A DNA stretch of 64,000 bases from contig JBNRSN020000003.1 of the NCBI GenBank assembly GCA_051313645.2, positions 215,822,001-215,886,000 on the forward strand, read 5' to 3'. The stretch is from Centroscyllium fabricii. Lineage: Eukaryota. This document shows positions 35,460 through 48,380 of the stretch, in pieces; the first letter of the stretch is position 1; the number at the start of each line of letters is the position of its first letter. Below the pieces are notes generated by a model that did not search any database, had not been told where the DNA came from, and worked only from the letters and a program-made list of their open reading frames with translations. The position numbers were made by a program, and so were the translations under genes.

Positions 35460-36861
35460 TGTGGGAATTAACGAATTCCTACGAAAAAACAGATCTACAC
35501 AGGAGCACAATCAAACAGGTCTTTACTTCAAGAAATCGCTGCAGGGACTGCCTGGGCAGCCCTGTGGTTGATGATGTGATGCCATCACGTTTGCCCGTGT
35601 TTTCCCATGCTCTTAAAGGGGCCACGCCCCTTACACACAAACACTATACACAAAACACAGTAATGCCTAACACAATGGTACAGGTTTAGGCTGGTGTTAG
35701 GACATCGTTAAAGGGAATTATATACAGTTAGCCAGAGTCATTCAGTGGGCAGACGCGGACCACGGTTCCGTCGATGTTGGTAGGAAGCCCCCAGAACTCG
35801 CAGTGGTTGACCGTGCACAAGCTCCGCTGATGAAGAGTGAAGGTCTTCTTTGGGGGCCATGCGAAGGCCCAACAGGACCCACAGTAGATTGTCTACCCAT
35901 CCTGCCTCCTGGAGGCTGGCCCTCAGGGTGGCTTTCATTGACCAGTGGAAGCATATGCAGAGGCTGTTCGGCTGTGGGTGGTAGGCTGTGGTGCGGTGCA
36001 ATTTGTCACCGAGTCCTTGGGCCTGTCAGATGAAATATCTGCGGGCACTCCAAAACGGGCAATCCAGGAGGAAATGAACGCCCTGGCCATGTCTGCCGAA
36101 GTAGTGGATGACAGGGGAACCGCCTCCAGCCATCTGGTGGGGCGGTCAATCATGGTCAGGATGTGTGAAAAACCATGGGAGGGTGGGGGAAGTCCTACCA
36201 GGTCCACTTTGACATGGTCAAAACGTTGCTCTGGAGCTGTGAAGGTGGCCAATGGAACTTTGATCTGACGCTGAACCTTGTCCCTTTGGCAGACCATGCA
36301 GGTGTTGGCCCAGTCGCAGACATCTTTGTGCATGCCATGCCATACAAATTTCGTTGATATCAGTTTCTGGGAGGCCTTCATTCCTGGGTGTGACAACCCA
36401 TGTATGGCGTCGAAGACTTTGCTGCGCCAGACGACAGGCACAACAGGGTAAGGATCCTGTATGGAGACGTCACACAGCAGCGTGGTGCCTGCCGACTGGA
36501 ACTTGACTTCGGCCAGCTGGAGGCCAGTGACAGCCATTCTTCTGTATGCCTGGACTTCCGGGTCTGAGATTTGATCCGCTGCCATGAGGGTGTAATCGAT
36601 GCCCAAATGGACCGTATTGATGACCGCGCTGGAGAGGCAGTCTGCCACCAGTTTGGTCTTACCGGCCACATGTTGTACATCCGTGGTGAATTCGGATATG
36701 CAGGTCAGTTGCCTCTGCTGTTGGGCTGACCACGGCTCGGCGGTCTTGGCCATTGCAAAGGTTAGTGGCTTATGGTCCACAAAGGCGGTGAAAGGACGTC
36801 CTTTGAGGAGGAAACGAAAATGGCGGATGACCAGAAAAAGGGCGAGCAACTCCCGGTCTAG

Positions 36862-37196
36862 AAACATAGAAACATAGAAACATAGAAACTAGGAGCAGGA
36901 GTAGGCCATTCGGCCCTTCAAGCCTGCTCCGCCATTCAATGAGATCATGGCTGATCATCCAAACCCAGCATCCCGCCCCTGCACTCTCCCCATATCCCTC
37001 GATCCCTATCGAGCCTGCATCTACACATATCCCACCCTATCCCCGTAACCCCACATATTCAAACCCCCTAACACTAAGGGTCAATTTATCATGGCCAATC
37101 AACCTAACCCGCACATCTTTGGACTGTGGGAGGAAACCGGAGCACCCGGAGGAAACCCACACAGACACGGGGAGAATGTGCAAACTCCACACAGAT
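36862..37196 (-). mobile_element. V-SINE (HE1-like)
   Basis: V-core gtgtggagtttgcacattctccccgtgtctgtgtgggtttcctccggg; apparent TSD CTAGA. Confidence 0.9.
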
Positions 37197-38896
37197 AGTC
37201 CTAGATGCTGTATGCTCTCTCGCTCTGCCATAGTTGACGGTTGAAGAATGCCAACGGCTGCCACGTACCACTCACCTACTGCTGTTGAACCGCACCGACT
37301 ACGTAGTCCGACGCGTCAGTGGTGAGTGCGATGGTGGCTCCTGGCAGCGGGTGCGCCAGCATAGTTGTGTTGGCTAAGGCGGTTTTGGTGTCGGCGAATG
37401 CTCGCGCCATGTCATCCATCCAGTCCACCAGGTTATTGCCAGTCTTGCCTTTGAGGGCCTCATACAGGGGCTGCATGAGTAGTGCTGCTTTAGGCACGAA
37501 GCGGTGGTAGAAGTTTACCATGCCCAGGAATCCCTGCAGGGCCTTTACGTTCTGCGGGCGTGGGAAGGATGTCACCTTCGAAGGTAAAGGAACCGTTCCC
37601 TCTGAGGTGATGCGATGCCCCAGGAAATTGATTTGGTGCAGGCTAAACTGACACTTGGCCGGGTTGATAATGAGGCCGTGTTGGCTGAGGCACTGAAAAA
37701 GGGTGCGTAGGTGACAGTTCCATGGTCGTGAACTCCGCCTTTGCGACCGCCAGCTTGCCAGGTTCGAGACATCGGGCCCACGCGTAGGCCGGGAGGCCGC
37801 TGGTGGTAATGTGGTGTTCCACACCATGTTTCGTGGATGTGGAGGAGAACGTGGGTCTTGGCAGGCTGGGGACTTCTCCGAGCAGACGAGTGAACTCATC
37901 AGGAGTTGGGAACATGCAGGAAACGATGCGTGACGTAGGGTTACTGCAGCAACACAGGAGAGAGTGAAAAGTTGCTGCGTTGATCAGCCACTGGTTCCTA
38001 ACGTCGACCAGGAGGCTGTTGGTACACAGAAAATCCACGGCGAGGAGGGGCTGGGAAACTTTGGTCGTAACAAATTCCCAGTGAAAACGCTGCCCCCCGA
38101 GGCACACCTCCACTCGCTGTCTGCCGAAGGTCCGAATTGCTCCACCATTGGCCACTTCAAGGGCGGGGCCGTGATTCACCGTCTGCACATCAAGGGCGGA
38201 TGTGGGTAAAATGCTGCACTGCGCACCGGCGTCGCACAGAAAACGGCGACCGGAGAGAGTATCAGTGATGAACAGCAATTTTCCCATGTTGCCGACTGCC
38301 ATCGTGGCCGCGGGGTGTCTCTTAGACCCGTTTCTCAGTGACCGCGGTGTCAGTTGCTCGTTTTTTTTGGGGGGGGAAGCTGCAGGGAGGGCGGTAATGC
38401 TTCGCCTTCGTGCCGAACTGTGCATGGTAGAAACACAGTCCTGTCGGTTGACGAGCTGGGGCAGCGTCTGTGGGGGATGGGTGCCTCGTGGTGGCGCAGC
38501 ACTGCCGAGTTACTGGGAAAATGTTGTCGGCCGCCGGAGCGAGTGCTGTGCAGTCTTCAGTTTTGGATCTGGCCAGGGCAGCTTGTACCTGTTCAGGCAG
38601 TTGGCTGAGGAATATTTCACGAAAAAGGAAACATTCTCGTTTGGAACCCAGGAGTGTGACCATCTGGCTCAACAACTCTGAGGGCTTGGAGTCCCCGAGC
38701 CCGGGCATAGCGAGTAATCAATGGGCGCACTCCGATTTTACTTCAGGTCTTTACTTCAAGAAATCGATGCAGGGACTGCCTTGGCAGCCCTGTGGTTGAC
38801 GACGTGATGTCATCACATTTGCCCTCATTTTTCCGCACTTTTAAAGGGGCCATGCCCCGCACATACAAATACTATACACAAAACACAGTAATGCCT

Positions 38897-41800
38897 TGTA
38901 GAAATCGACGGATTTCTATCAAAAAATGAGGTCCACATGCGAGCACAATCAAAACAGGTCTTTACTCAATGCAAACGTAGCAGGGACTGCCTGGGCAACC
39001 CTGTGGCCGACATGATGATGTCATCATGTGTACAAACGATTCCCACGCTTTTAAAGGGGCCACGCCCCATATGTACAAACATTATATATACAGTACAGTG
39101 ATGCCTAACACCATGGTCGAAGAGCAGGCTGGTGTTAGGACTTTGTTAAAGTGAATTGTGCACAATTAAATAGTTGTACCATCACATGCGCTCCCCCAGA
39201 ATTCGCCTTAACAAATAAAGTCAAACGGTGAGGGGGTCTGACAAGCCTGTCAGAACGGCTACTGTATTCTCGAGGTGGAGGTTGCTGAGCGGCTGGCGGT
39301 CTGTTGGTCTGTAGTAATGACGACAGGCAGCCTACCTCGCTTCGGCGGCTGTGCTGTCTGGACGGGCTTGAGTCGGTCGACCGAGGCGTGGTCCGGTTTA
39401 CCACTGACGTCGACGATAAACATTTTGTCTTCTGTTTCCAAAACACGGAAGGGACCTGTGTATGGGGCCTTGAGCAGATCCCTGTGTGCGTCGTGATGGA
39501 TAAACACATATTCAGCCTTGTGGAGCTCCTTAGGCACGTGGGACCTCTGCAGCCCGTGATGGGAAGTGGGCAACAGAGGAAAACCTTTGGCAGCCTCCTG
39601 GTGCTTGGCTAGCTGGGCAGATGTGGACCACGGCTCCATTGCAGTTGGAATGAAATCGCCCAGAACCCTCAGCGGCTGACCGTACACCAGCTCCGCCGAT
39701 GAAGAGTGAAGGTCTTCTTTGGGGGCTGTGCGAAGACCCAACAGGACCCACAGTAGCTTGTCAACCCATCCTGTGTCTTGGAGGCTGGCCTTCAGCATGG
39801 CCTTCATTAACCGGTGGAAACGTTCGCAGAGGCCTTTTGCCTGCGGGCGGTAGGCTGTGGTGCGGTGCATTTTGACACCGAACCCCTGAGCCACCGCGTT
39901 CCAGAGTTCCGAGGAGCACTGCGGTCCCCTGTCAGATGAGATATCAGCGGGAACTCCGAAATGGGTAACCCACGAGGAGATGAACGCCCTGGCCACGATC
40001 GCCGAAGTGGTAGATGAGAGTGGGAAAGCATCCGGCCATCTGGTGGTGCGGTCGACCATGGTGAGGATGTGTGAAAATCTATAGGAGAGTGGAAGCGGAC
40101 CTACCAAGTCCACGTTGACGTGGTCGAAACGTCGCTCCGTAACCATGAAGGTGGCCAATGGTGCTTTGATGTGCCGCTGAATCTCGGCCCTTTGGCAGAC
40201 CACGCAGGTGTTGGCCCAGTTGCGGATGTCCTTGTGCATGCTGTGCCAGACGAACTTCACTGACATCAGCTTCTGGGAGGCCTTCATTCCAGGGTGTCGA
40301 AGACTTTGCGGCGCCAAGCGGCCGGAACAGGTTGGGGATCTTGTACTGAGACGTCGCACAGCAGTGTGGTGCCTGCTGAGTGGAACTAGATGTCAGCTAG
40401 CTGGAGGCCGGTGACAGCCGTACTATACGCCTGTACTTCTGGGTCTGCGTTTTGATCCGCTGCCATGAGGGCATAATCGATGCCCAAATGGACAGTGTTG
40501 ATGGCCGCGTGGGAGAGGCAGTCTGCCACCAGGTTATCCTTACCGGCCACGTGTTGTATATCCATGGTAAATTCGGATATGTAGGTCAGCTGCCACTGTT
40601 GTCGGGTTGACCATGGCTCGGCAGTCTTGGCCATAGCGAAGGTTAGTGACTTATGGTCGCCGAAAGTCGTGAAGGGCCGCCACTCAAAGAGGAAATGGAA
40701 ATGGCGGATAGCCAGGAAAAGGGCGAGCAACTCCCTGTCGAACGTGCTGTAAGCCCTCTCGTTCTGCCGCAGTTTACGGCTGAAGAATGCCAACGGCTGC
40801 CAGGTGCCTTTCACCCACTGCTGTTGAACCGCACCGACTGTGTAATCCAATGTGTCAGTGGTAAGGGCTATGGTGGCTCCTGGTAGAGGGTGTGCCAACA
40901 TAGTCACGTTGGCCAAGGTGCTTTTAGTGTCAGCGAACGCTCGGGCCATCTCATCTGTCCAGTCAACCAGGTTCTTGCATGTCCTGCCCTTGAGGGCCTA
41001 GTACAGGGGCTGCATGAGTAATGCCGCCTTGGGCACGAAACAGTGGTAAAAATTTACCATGCCCAGGAACTCCTGCAGGGCCTTCACTTTCTGCGGGTGT
41101 GGAAAGGCTATCACCGCCTCTACTTTCGCAGGTAAAGGCACCGCTCCCTCCGATGTGATACGATGCCCCAGGAAATCAATTTGGTGCAGGCCAAACTGAC
41201 ACTTGGCCGGTTTGATGATGAGGCCGTGTTGACTGAGGCATTGGAAAAGGGTGCGTAAGTGACCGATATGTTCTGCCTCAGTCGGACTGACAATCAGCAT
41301 GTTGTCTAGATAGACGAAGAGGAACTTGAGGTCCTGCACCACGGAGCCCATCAGGCGTTGGAAAGCTCGGGCGGCATTCTTTAAACCGAATGGCAATCTC
41401 AAAAATTCGAAGAGGCCAAACGGGGTGATGACTTTGGTCTTCTGGACATCCTGTGGGTGAACTGGGGCCTGGTGGTAGCCCCGGACGAGGTTGACCTTGG
41501 AGAAGACGGTATTACCTGCCAAGTGGGCAAAGAAATCTTGAATGTGGGGGGATCGGGTACCGATCCGGTGTGGTGGCATCATTAAGACGTCGATAGTCGC
41601 CGCAGGGCCGCCATCCACCGCCAGGCTTTGGGACGATGTGGAGAGGTGAAGACCAGGGACTATTCGACGGCGAATAATTCCCAACCGGGGGCCGTTGGTG
41701 GTAATGTGATGCTCCACCCCATGTCTGGTGGATGTGGAGGAGAAAGTGGGCCTCATTAGGCCGGGGAATTCCATGAGCAGCCGAGCAAACTCATCAGGCA

Positions 41801-43211
41801 TCGGGAATGCACAGGAGACGATGCGTGCCATCGTGTTACTGCGGTAACACGGGAGGGAATGAAAGATTGCTGTGTTGATCAGCCGCTGATTCCAGACGTC
41901 GACCAAGAGGCTGTTGGTACACAGAAAATCCGCACCGAGGAGGGGCTGGGAAACCTTAGCCATGTCAAAATCCCAATGGAAGCATTGGCCCCCGAAGCAC
42001 ACTTCCATTCACCGCCTGCCGAAGGTCTGGATTGCTCCGCCATTGGCCGCTTCAAGGGTGGGTCTGTGATTCCCCGTCTGGACATCGAGGGTGGACGCGG
42101 GCAAAATGCTGCACTGGTGTCACACAGAAACCGATGACCAGAGAGGGTATCAGTTATGAAAAGTAGTTTTCCTGCGCTGCTGACCGCCATTGCGGCCGCG
42201 GAGTGCTTGTTAAACCCGGACTGCTGTGGCCACAGCGTCAGTTGGTCAGGTTTTTTTTGAGAAAATGTGCAGGGAGGGCGGTAGCGCCTCGCCTCCACGC
42301 CGAACTGCGCATGATAAAAGCACAGCCCAGCAGTCTGACAAGCTGGGGTGGTGTCCGTGGGGGCTGGGAGCCTTGTGGCGGTGCAGTAGTGTCGAGTGAC
42401 CGCAAAGATTTTATCGGCCTCAGCAGCGAGGGCTGCGCAGTCGGTGATTTCGGAGCTAGCCAGGGCGGCTTGTACTTGCTCAGGTAGCTGACTGAGGAAT
42501 AGCTCCTGGAATCGGAAGCATTCCGGTTCGGAACCCAGGAGTGTGACCATTTGGCTCATCAACTCCGAGGGCTTAGAGTCCCCGAGCCCGGGCATCGAGA
42601 GTAGTCGGCGGGCGTGCTCCGATTTAGTGAGCCCGAAGACCTGCAGCAATCACGCTTTGAGTGTGTCATACTTGCGCTCCGCAGGGGGGTTTTCCAGCAG
42701 GCTGATGATCCGGGAGGCTGTGAAGCTGTCAAGTGCGGAGACCACATATACGAATTTGGTCTGATCCGCCACGATGTCTCGCAGGGCGAACTGGGCCTCG
42801 ACCTGGATGAACCACGTGGGCGCCTGCTGCTCCCAGAACTGTGGCAGCTTCAATGGAATGGCATTGGCTGCCTTCCTGCGTAATAGTCTGTGAAATCGTT
42901 CACAAGACTCGGGGTCACCACTGTAGAAATTGACGGATTTCTATCAAAAAATGAGGTCCACACGGGAGCACGATCAAAACAGGTCTTTACTCAATGCAAA
43001 TGTAGCAGGGACTGCCTGGGCAGCCCGTGGCTGCCGTGATGACATCATCACATTTACCCGTGATTTCCCGTGCTCTTAAAGGGGCCATGTCCCATATGTA
43101 CAAACATTATATACACAGTACAATGATGCCTAACACCATGGTCGAAGAGCAGGCTGGTGTTAGGACTTCGTTAAAGTGAATTATGTACAATTAAACAGTG
43201 GTCCCGCCACA
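38897..43211 (-). mobile_element. CsRn1-clade Gypsy B (inner), near full length, frameshifted
   Basis: 290-bp LTRs 38897-39186 and 42922-43211, TSD GCCT, PBS TGGTGACCCCGA (tRNA-Trp), gag KLPQFW..WF.QVEAQF and CFYH motif, RT, RNase H and integrase ORFs. Confidence 0.95.
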
Positions 43212-43295
43212 GCCTAACACAATGGTACAGGTTTAGGCTGGTGTTAGGACATCATTAAAGGGAATTATATACAGTTAGCCAGAGTCATTCAGCAT

Positions 43296-43885
43296 CAGCG
43301 CGGAGTGGAGCAGACCTAGGGGTGTACCAGAGGCGGCAGAGCAGCGAAGTGGCGGCTACAAAAGGCGCTGAGGAGCGAGGCCCAGACCACAGCGGCAGCA
43401 TGGAGTGGAGCGGACCTAGGGGTGTACCAGAGGTGGCAGCAGCAGCGAAGAGGCGGCTACAAAAGGCGCCGAGGAGCGAGGCCCAGACCACAGCGGCAGC
43501 GCGGAGTGGAGCGGACCTAGGGGTGTACCAGAGGCGGCGGCAGCAGCGAAGAGGCAGCTACAAAAGGCGCCGAGGAGCGAGGCCCAGACCACAGCGGCAG
43601 CGCGGGGTGGAGCGGACCTAGGGGTGTACCAGAGGCGGCGGCAGCAGCGAAGAGGCGGCTACAAAAAGCGCCGAGGAGCGAGGCCCAGACCACAGCGGCA
43701 GCGTGGGGTGGAGCGGACCTAGGGGCGTACCAGAGGCGGCGGCAGCAGTGAAGAGGCGGCTACAAAAAGCGCCGAGGAGCGAGGCCCAGACCACAGCGGC
43801 AGCGCGGGGTGGAGCGGACCTCGGGGTGTACCAGAGGTGGCGGCAGCAGCGAAGAGGCGGCTACAAAAGGCACCGAGGAGCAAGG
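43296..43885 (+). repeat. ~6 x 101-bp CpG-rich tandem monomers (CR1 5' UTR)
   Basis: gacct anchors at 43313, 43413, 43514, 43615, 43716 and 43817. Confidence 0.95.
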
Positions 43886-44136
43886 CGAGCTGAGGCCCAT
43901 TCAGCCGCGGGTAGAGAGGTGAAAAATAATCAAAGGGTGACATCACCAGAAAGCAGGTAAGTGATTGGCTGGTGAGTATTTTCTCTCTAAATTCTTCTAA
44001 ACGTAAAGTTTTGTGGTTTCTAATGTCTCTGTTGTGTTGCGGGGATTGCTGTTAGGCAAGGGCACTTGAATAAAACATTAAATCGAAGTAAAATTGGTGG
44101 GAGTCATTTAATTTTAAGTAAATTAAAGGGTTAGTC

Positions 44137-45081
44137 ATGTCAGTTGAGCTCATCCCCGTGTTATGCTCCACCTGCACTATGCGGAAATTCGGGGTCGCTA
44201 CCAGTGTCCCTGTTAACCATGTGTGCCGGAAATGTATTCAGCTGCAGGTACTAGCTGACCGCATTGCGGCGCTGGAGCTGCATATGGATGACGATTGGAG
44301 CATTCACGGTGATGAGAGGGTCGTGGATAGCACGTTTAGAAAGCTGGTCACACCACAGGCAAGGGCTGCACAGGCAGAAGGGAAATGGGTGACCATCAGG
44401 CGGAGTAGTGGAAGTAGGCAGGTAGTGCAGGGGACCCCTGTGGCCACCCCCCTCGCAAACAGGTATACCATTTTGGATACTGTTGAGGGGAATGACTTAC
44501 CAGAGGAAGGCAGCAGAAGCCAACATCCTGGCACCAGGGGTGCTTCTGCTGCACAGGAGGGGAGTAAAAAGAGTGGAAGGGCAGTAGTTGTAGGGGATTC
44601 TATCATAAGGGGAACAAATAGGCATTTCTGTGACCGTAGACATGACTCCAGGATGGTTTGTTGCCTCCCTGGTGCCAGGGTCAAGGATGTCACTGAATGG
44701 CTGCAGGGCATCCTGAAGGGGGAGGGAAATCAGTCAGAGGTTGTGGTTCACATTGGTACCAACGACATTGGTAAAAAGCTGGATGAGGTCCTACAGCAAG
44801 AATTCAGGGAGCTAGGTACCAGATTAAAGAGCAGGACCTCAAAGGTTGTGATCTCTGGATTACTCCCTGTGCCATGGGCTAGCAAACATAGGAACATGAG
44901 AATAGAGCAGATTAATGCATGGCTAAAGAGTTGGTGCAGGAGGGCGGGCTTCAGTTTCCTGGATCACTGGGCTTGCTTCTGGGGAAGGTGGGACTTGTAC
45001 AATCCGGACGGTTTACACCTGAACCAGAAGGGGACCAATATCCTTGCCGGGAGGTTTGCTAGCACTGTTGGGGGGGATTAA
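44137..45081 (+). CDS. CR1 ORF1p: zinc finger, coiled coil and SGNH/GDSL esterase (open 314-aa frame)
   Basis: CSTC...CRKC; GDS, HIGTND and DGLH esterase blocks. Confidence 0.88.
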   Translation: MSVELIPVLCSTCTMRKFGVATSVPVNHVCRKCIQLQVLADRIAALELHMDDDWSIHGDERVVDSTFRKLVTPQARAAQAEGKWVTIRRSSGSRQVVQGTPVATPLANRYTILDTVEGNDLPEEGSRSQHPGTRGASAAQEGSKKSGRAVVVGDSIIRGTNRHFCDRRHDSRMVCCLPGARVKDVTEWLQGILKGEGNQSEVVVHIGTNDIGKKLDEVLQQEFRELGTRLKSRTSKVVISGLLPVPWASKHRNMRIEQINAWLKSWCRRAGFSFLDHWACFWGRWDLYNPDGLHLNQKGTNILAGRFASTVGGD

Positions 45082-48000
45082 ACTAAAATGGCAGGGGGTT
45101 GGCAACCTGAGCAGGGAGACTAAGGAAAGGGAAACAAGGATAGAAGCAAAAGACAGGAAGGAGAGAAACAAAGGTGGCAGTCAGAGAAATCAAGGGTGGA
45201 ATTCAAGCATGACCATAGTAAATAATAATTCTAAAAGGTCTAAGAACATTAAAAAAACAAGCCTGAAGGCTTTGTGTCTTAATGCAAGGAGCATACGCAA
45301 TAAGGTGGACGAATTAGCAACACAAATAGAGGTTAACGGATATGATATGATTGGAATTACGGAAACATGTCTCCAGGGGGACCAAGGCTGGGAACTCAAC
45401 ATCCAGGGGTATTCAATATTCAGGAAAGATAGACAAAAAGGAAAGGGAGGTGGAGTAGCATTGCTGGTTAAAGAGGAGATTAATAAAATTGTAAGGAAAG
45501 ACATTGGCTCTGATGAAATGGAATCTGTATGGGTCGAACTGAGAAATACCAAAGGGCAGAATACATTTGTGGGAGTGGTGTATAGACCCCCAAACAGTAA
45601 TGCTGAGATTGGGGATGGCATAAAAAGGGAAATCAGGGAAGCGTGCAATATGGGCACAGCAGTCATCATGGGTGACTTTAATCTACATATAGATTGGACT
45701 AATCAAATCAGAAACAATACTGTGGAGGAGGAATTCATGGAGTGTATACGAGATGGTTTCCTGGACCAATATGTTGAGGAACCAACTCGGGATCAGGCCA
45801 TCTTAGACTGGGTATTATGCAATGAGAAAGGATTAATTAGCAATCTTGTTGTACGAGGCCCCTTGGGTCGGAGCGATCATAATATGATCAAATTCTCGCT
45901 TAAGATGGAAAGTGAAGAAATTGACTCAAAGACTAAGGTCCTGAATTTAAGTAAAGGGAACTATGATGGTATGAGGAGTTTGCACATTCTCCCCGTGTCT
46001 GCGTGGGTTTCCTCCGGGTGCTCCGGATTCCTCCCACAGTCCAAAGATTTGCGGGTTAGGTTGATTGGCCATGATAAATTAACCCTTAGTGTTAGGGGGA
46101 TTGAATATGTCGGGTTACGGGGATAGGGTGGGATATGTGTCAGTGCAGGCTCGATAGCGATATAGGGAGAGGGCAGGGGCGGGGTACTGGGTTTGGATGA
46201 TCAGCCATGATCTCATTGAATGGCGGAGCGGGCTCGAGGGGCCAAATGGCCTACTCCTGCTCCTAGTTTCTATGTTTCTATGTTTCTATGAGTTGGGTAG
46301 CATTGATTGGATGGTGTCACTCAGGGGGTTGACGGTGGATGGACAATGGCAAACATTCAAAGATCGAATGGAAGAATTACAAAATTTGTTTATACCAGTT
46401 TGGCATAAAAATAGACCAAAAAAGGTGACTCAACCATGGATAACAAGGGAAATTAGAGATAACATAAAATCCAAAGAGAGGGCATATAAATTGGCCAAAA
46501 AAAGCAACAGACCTGAGGACTGGGAGCAGTTTAGGATACAGCAAAGGAGGACAAAGGGATTCATTAAGAGGGGGAAAATAGATGATGAAAGTAAGCTCGC
46601 GGCGAACATAGAAACTGACTGCAAAAGCTTTTATAGATATATTAAGAGGAAAAGATTGGTGAAATCAAGCGTTGGTCCCTTGCATTCCGAATCAGGGAAA
46701 TATATAATGGGGAACAAGGAAATGGCAGACCAATTAAATACATATTTTGGTTCTGTCTTCACAAAGGAGGACACAAATAACCTCCCAGAGATGTCAGGAA
46801 ACTTAGGGACTAATGAGAGGGAGGAACTGATAGAAATCAATATTTGTAGGGATATGGTGTTGGGGAAGTTGAAGGGATTGAAGGCCGACAAATCCCCAGG
46901 GCCTGATAATCTACATCCTAGGGTACTTAAGGAAGTGGCCCTGGAGATAACAGATGCATTACTGATCATCTTCCAGAACTCGATAGACTCTGGAACAGTA
47001 CCCATGGATTGGAGAGTAGCTAATGTTACCCCACTATTCAAAAAAGGGGGTAGAGAAAAAGCGGGGAATTATAGACCAGTAAGCCTGACATCGGTAGTTG
47101 GGAAAATGCTGGAGTCCATTATTAAAGATGTAATAGCAGTACACTTGAAAAATAGTGACCGGATCGGACAGAGTCAACATGGATTTACAAAAGGTAAATC
47201 GTGCTTGACTAATCTACTGGAATTTTTTGAGGATGTAACTGGTAAAATAGATAGGGGAGAACCAGTAGACGCGGTGTATTTGGACTTTCAGAAAGCTTTC
47301 GATAAGGTCCCTCATAAGAGATTAGCGTGTAAAATTAAGGCTCATGAGATTGGGGGCATGGTATTGACTTGGATAGAGAACTAGTTGGCAGATAGAAAAC
47401 AGAGAGTTGGAATAAACGGGTCATTTTCCGAGTGGCGAGCAGTGACTACTGGGGTACTACAAGGATCGGTCCTAGGACCACAGCTGTTCACAATATATAT
47501 TAATGATCTGGATGAGGGAATTGGATGTAATATCTCCAAATTTGCAGGTGACACAAAGCTGGGTAGGAGGGTGTGCTGTGAGGAGGATGTCGAGAAACCC
47601 CAATGCAATTTGGACAGGTTGGGGGATTGGGCAGATACATGGCAAATGCACTATAATGTGGATAAATGTGAGGTTATCCACTTTGGTGGCAAAAACAGGA
47701 GGGCAGATTATTATTTGAATGGCAATAGATTGGGAGATGGGGAAGTGCAAAGAGACCTGGGTGTTCTTGTGCACCAGTCACTGAAGGTAAGCATGCAGGT
47801 GCAACAGGCGGTTAAGAAGGCAAATGGTATGTTGGCTTTCGTAGCAAGAGGGTTCGAATATAAGAACAAGGATGTCTTGCTGCAGCTCTACAGGACCTTG
47901 CTGAGACCACACCTCAAGTACTGTGTGCAGTTTTGGTCGCCTCATCTGAGGAAGGACGTTCTTGCCATGGAAGGAGTGCAGCGAAGATTCACCAGGCTGA

Positions 48001-48380
48001 TACCTGGGATGGCAGGAAAGACGTATGGGGAGAGATTGAGACGATTGGGCTTATACCCACTGGAGTTCAGATGATTGAGAGGGGATCTCATCGAAACCTA
48101 TAAAATTCTTTCAGGCCTGGACAAACTGGATGCAGGAAGGATGTTTCCGATGAAAGGGGAGTCCAGAACCAGGAGCCATAGTCTAAGGATAAGGGGAAAG
48201 CCATTTAGGACTGAGATGAGGAGGAATTTCTTCACCCAGAGAGTGGTGAACCTGTGGAATTCTCTGCCACAGAGGGCAGTGGAGGCCAGTTCATTGAATA
48301 TATTCAAGAAGGAGTTAGGTATATTTCTTCAGGCTGAAGGGATCAAGGGATATGGGGAGAAGGCAGGGACAGGGTACTGA
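45078..48380 (+). pseudogene. CR1 ORF2 (APE endonuclease and RT), interrupted by a SINE and stops
   Basis: LNARS, GITET, YRPP, GDFN, SDH; QHGF, DFQKAFD, GSVLGP, FAGD (FADD mutated). Confidence 0.92.
45976..46290 (+). mobile_element. V-SINE (HE1-like) inside CR1 ORF2
   Basis: V-core and tail, TSD TATGAG. Confidence 0.9.

Noticed and set aside
43296-43885. Regular repeats suggesting a CRISPR array
   Set aside because: Head-to-tail 101-bp monomers with no unique spacers, no cas genes, eukaryotic LINE context
44137-45081. Host or bacterial GDSL lipase gene
   Set aside because: It is the known esterase-type ORF1 of CR1/L2 LINEs, directly upstream of ORF2
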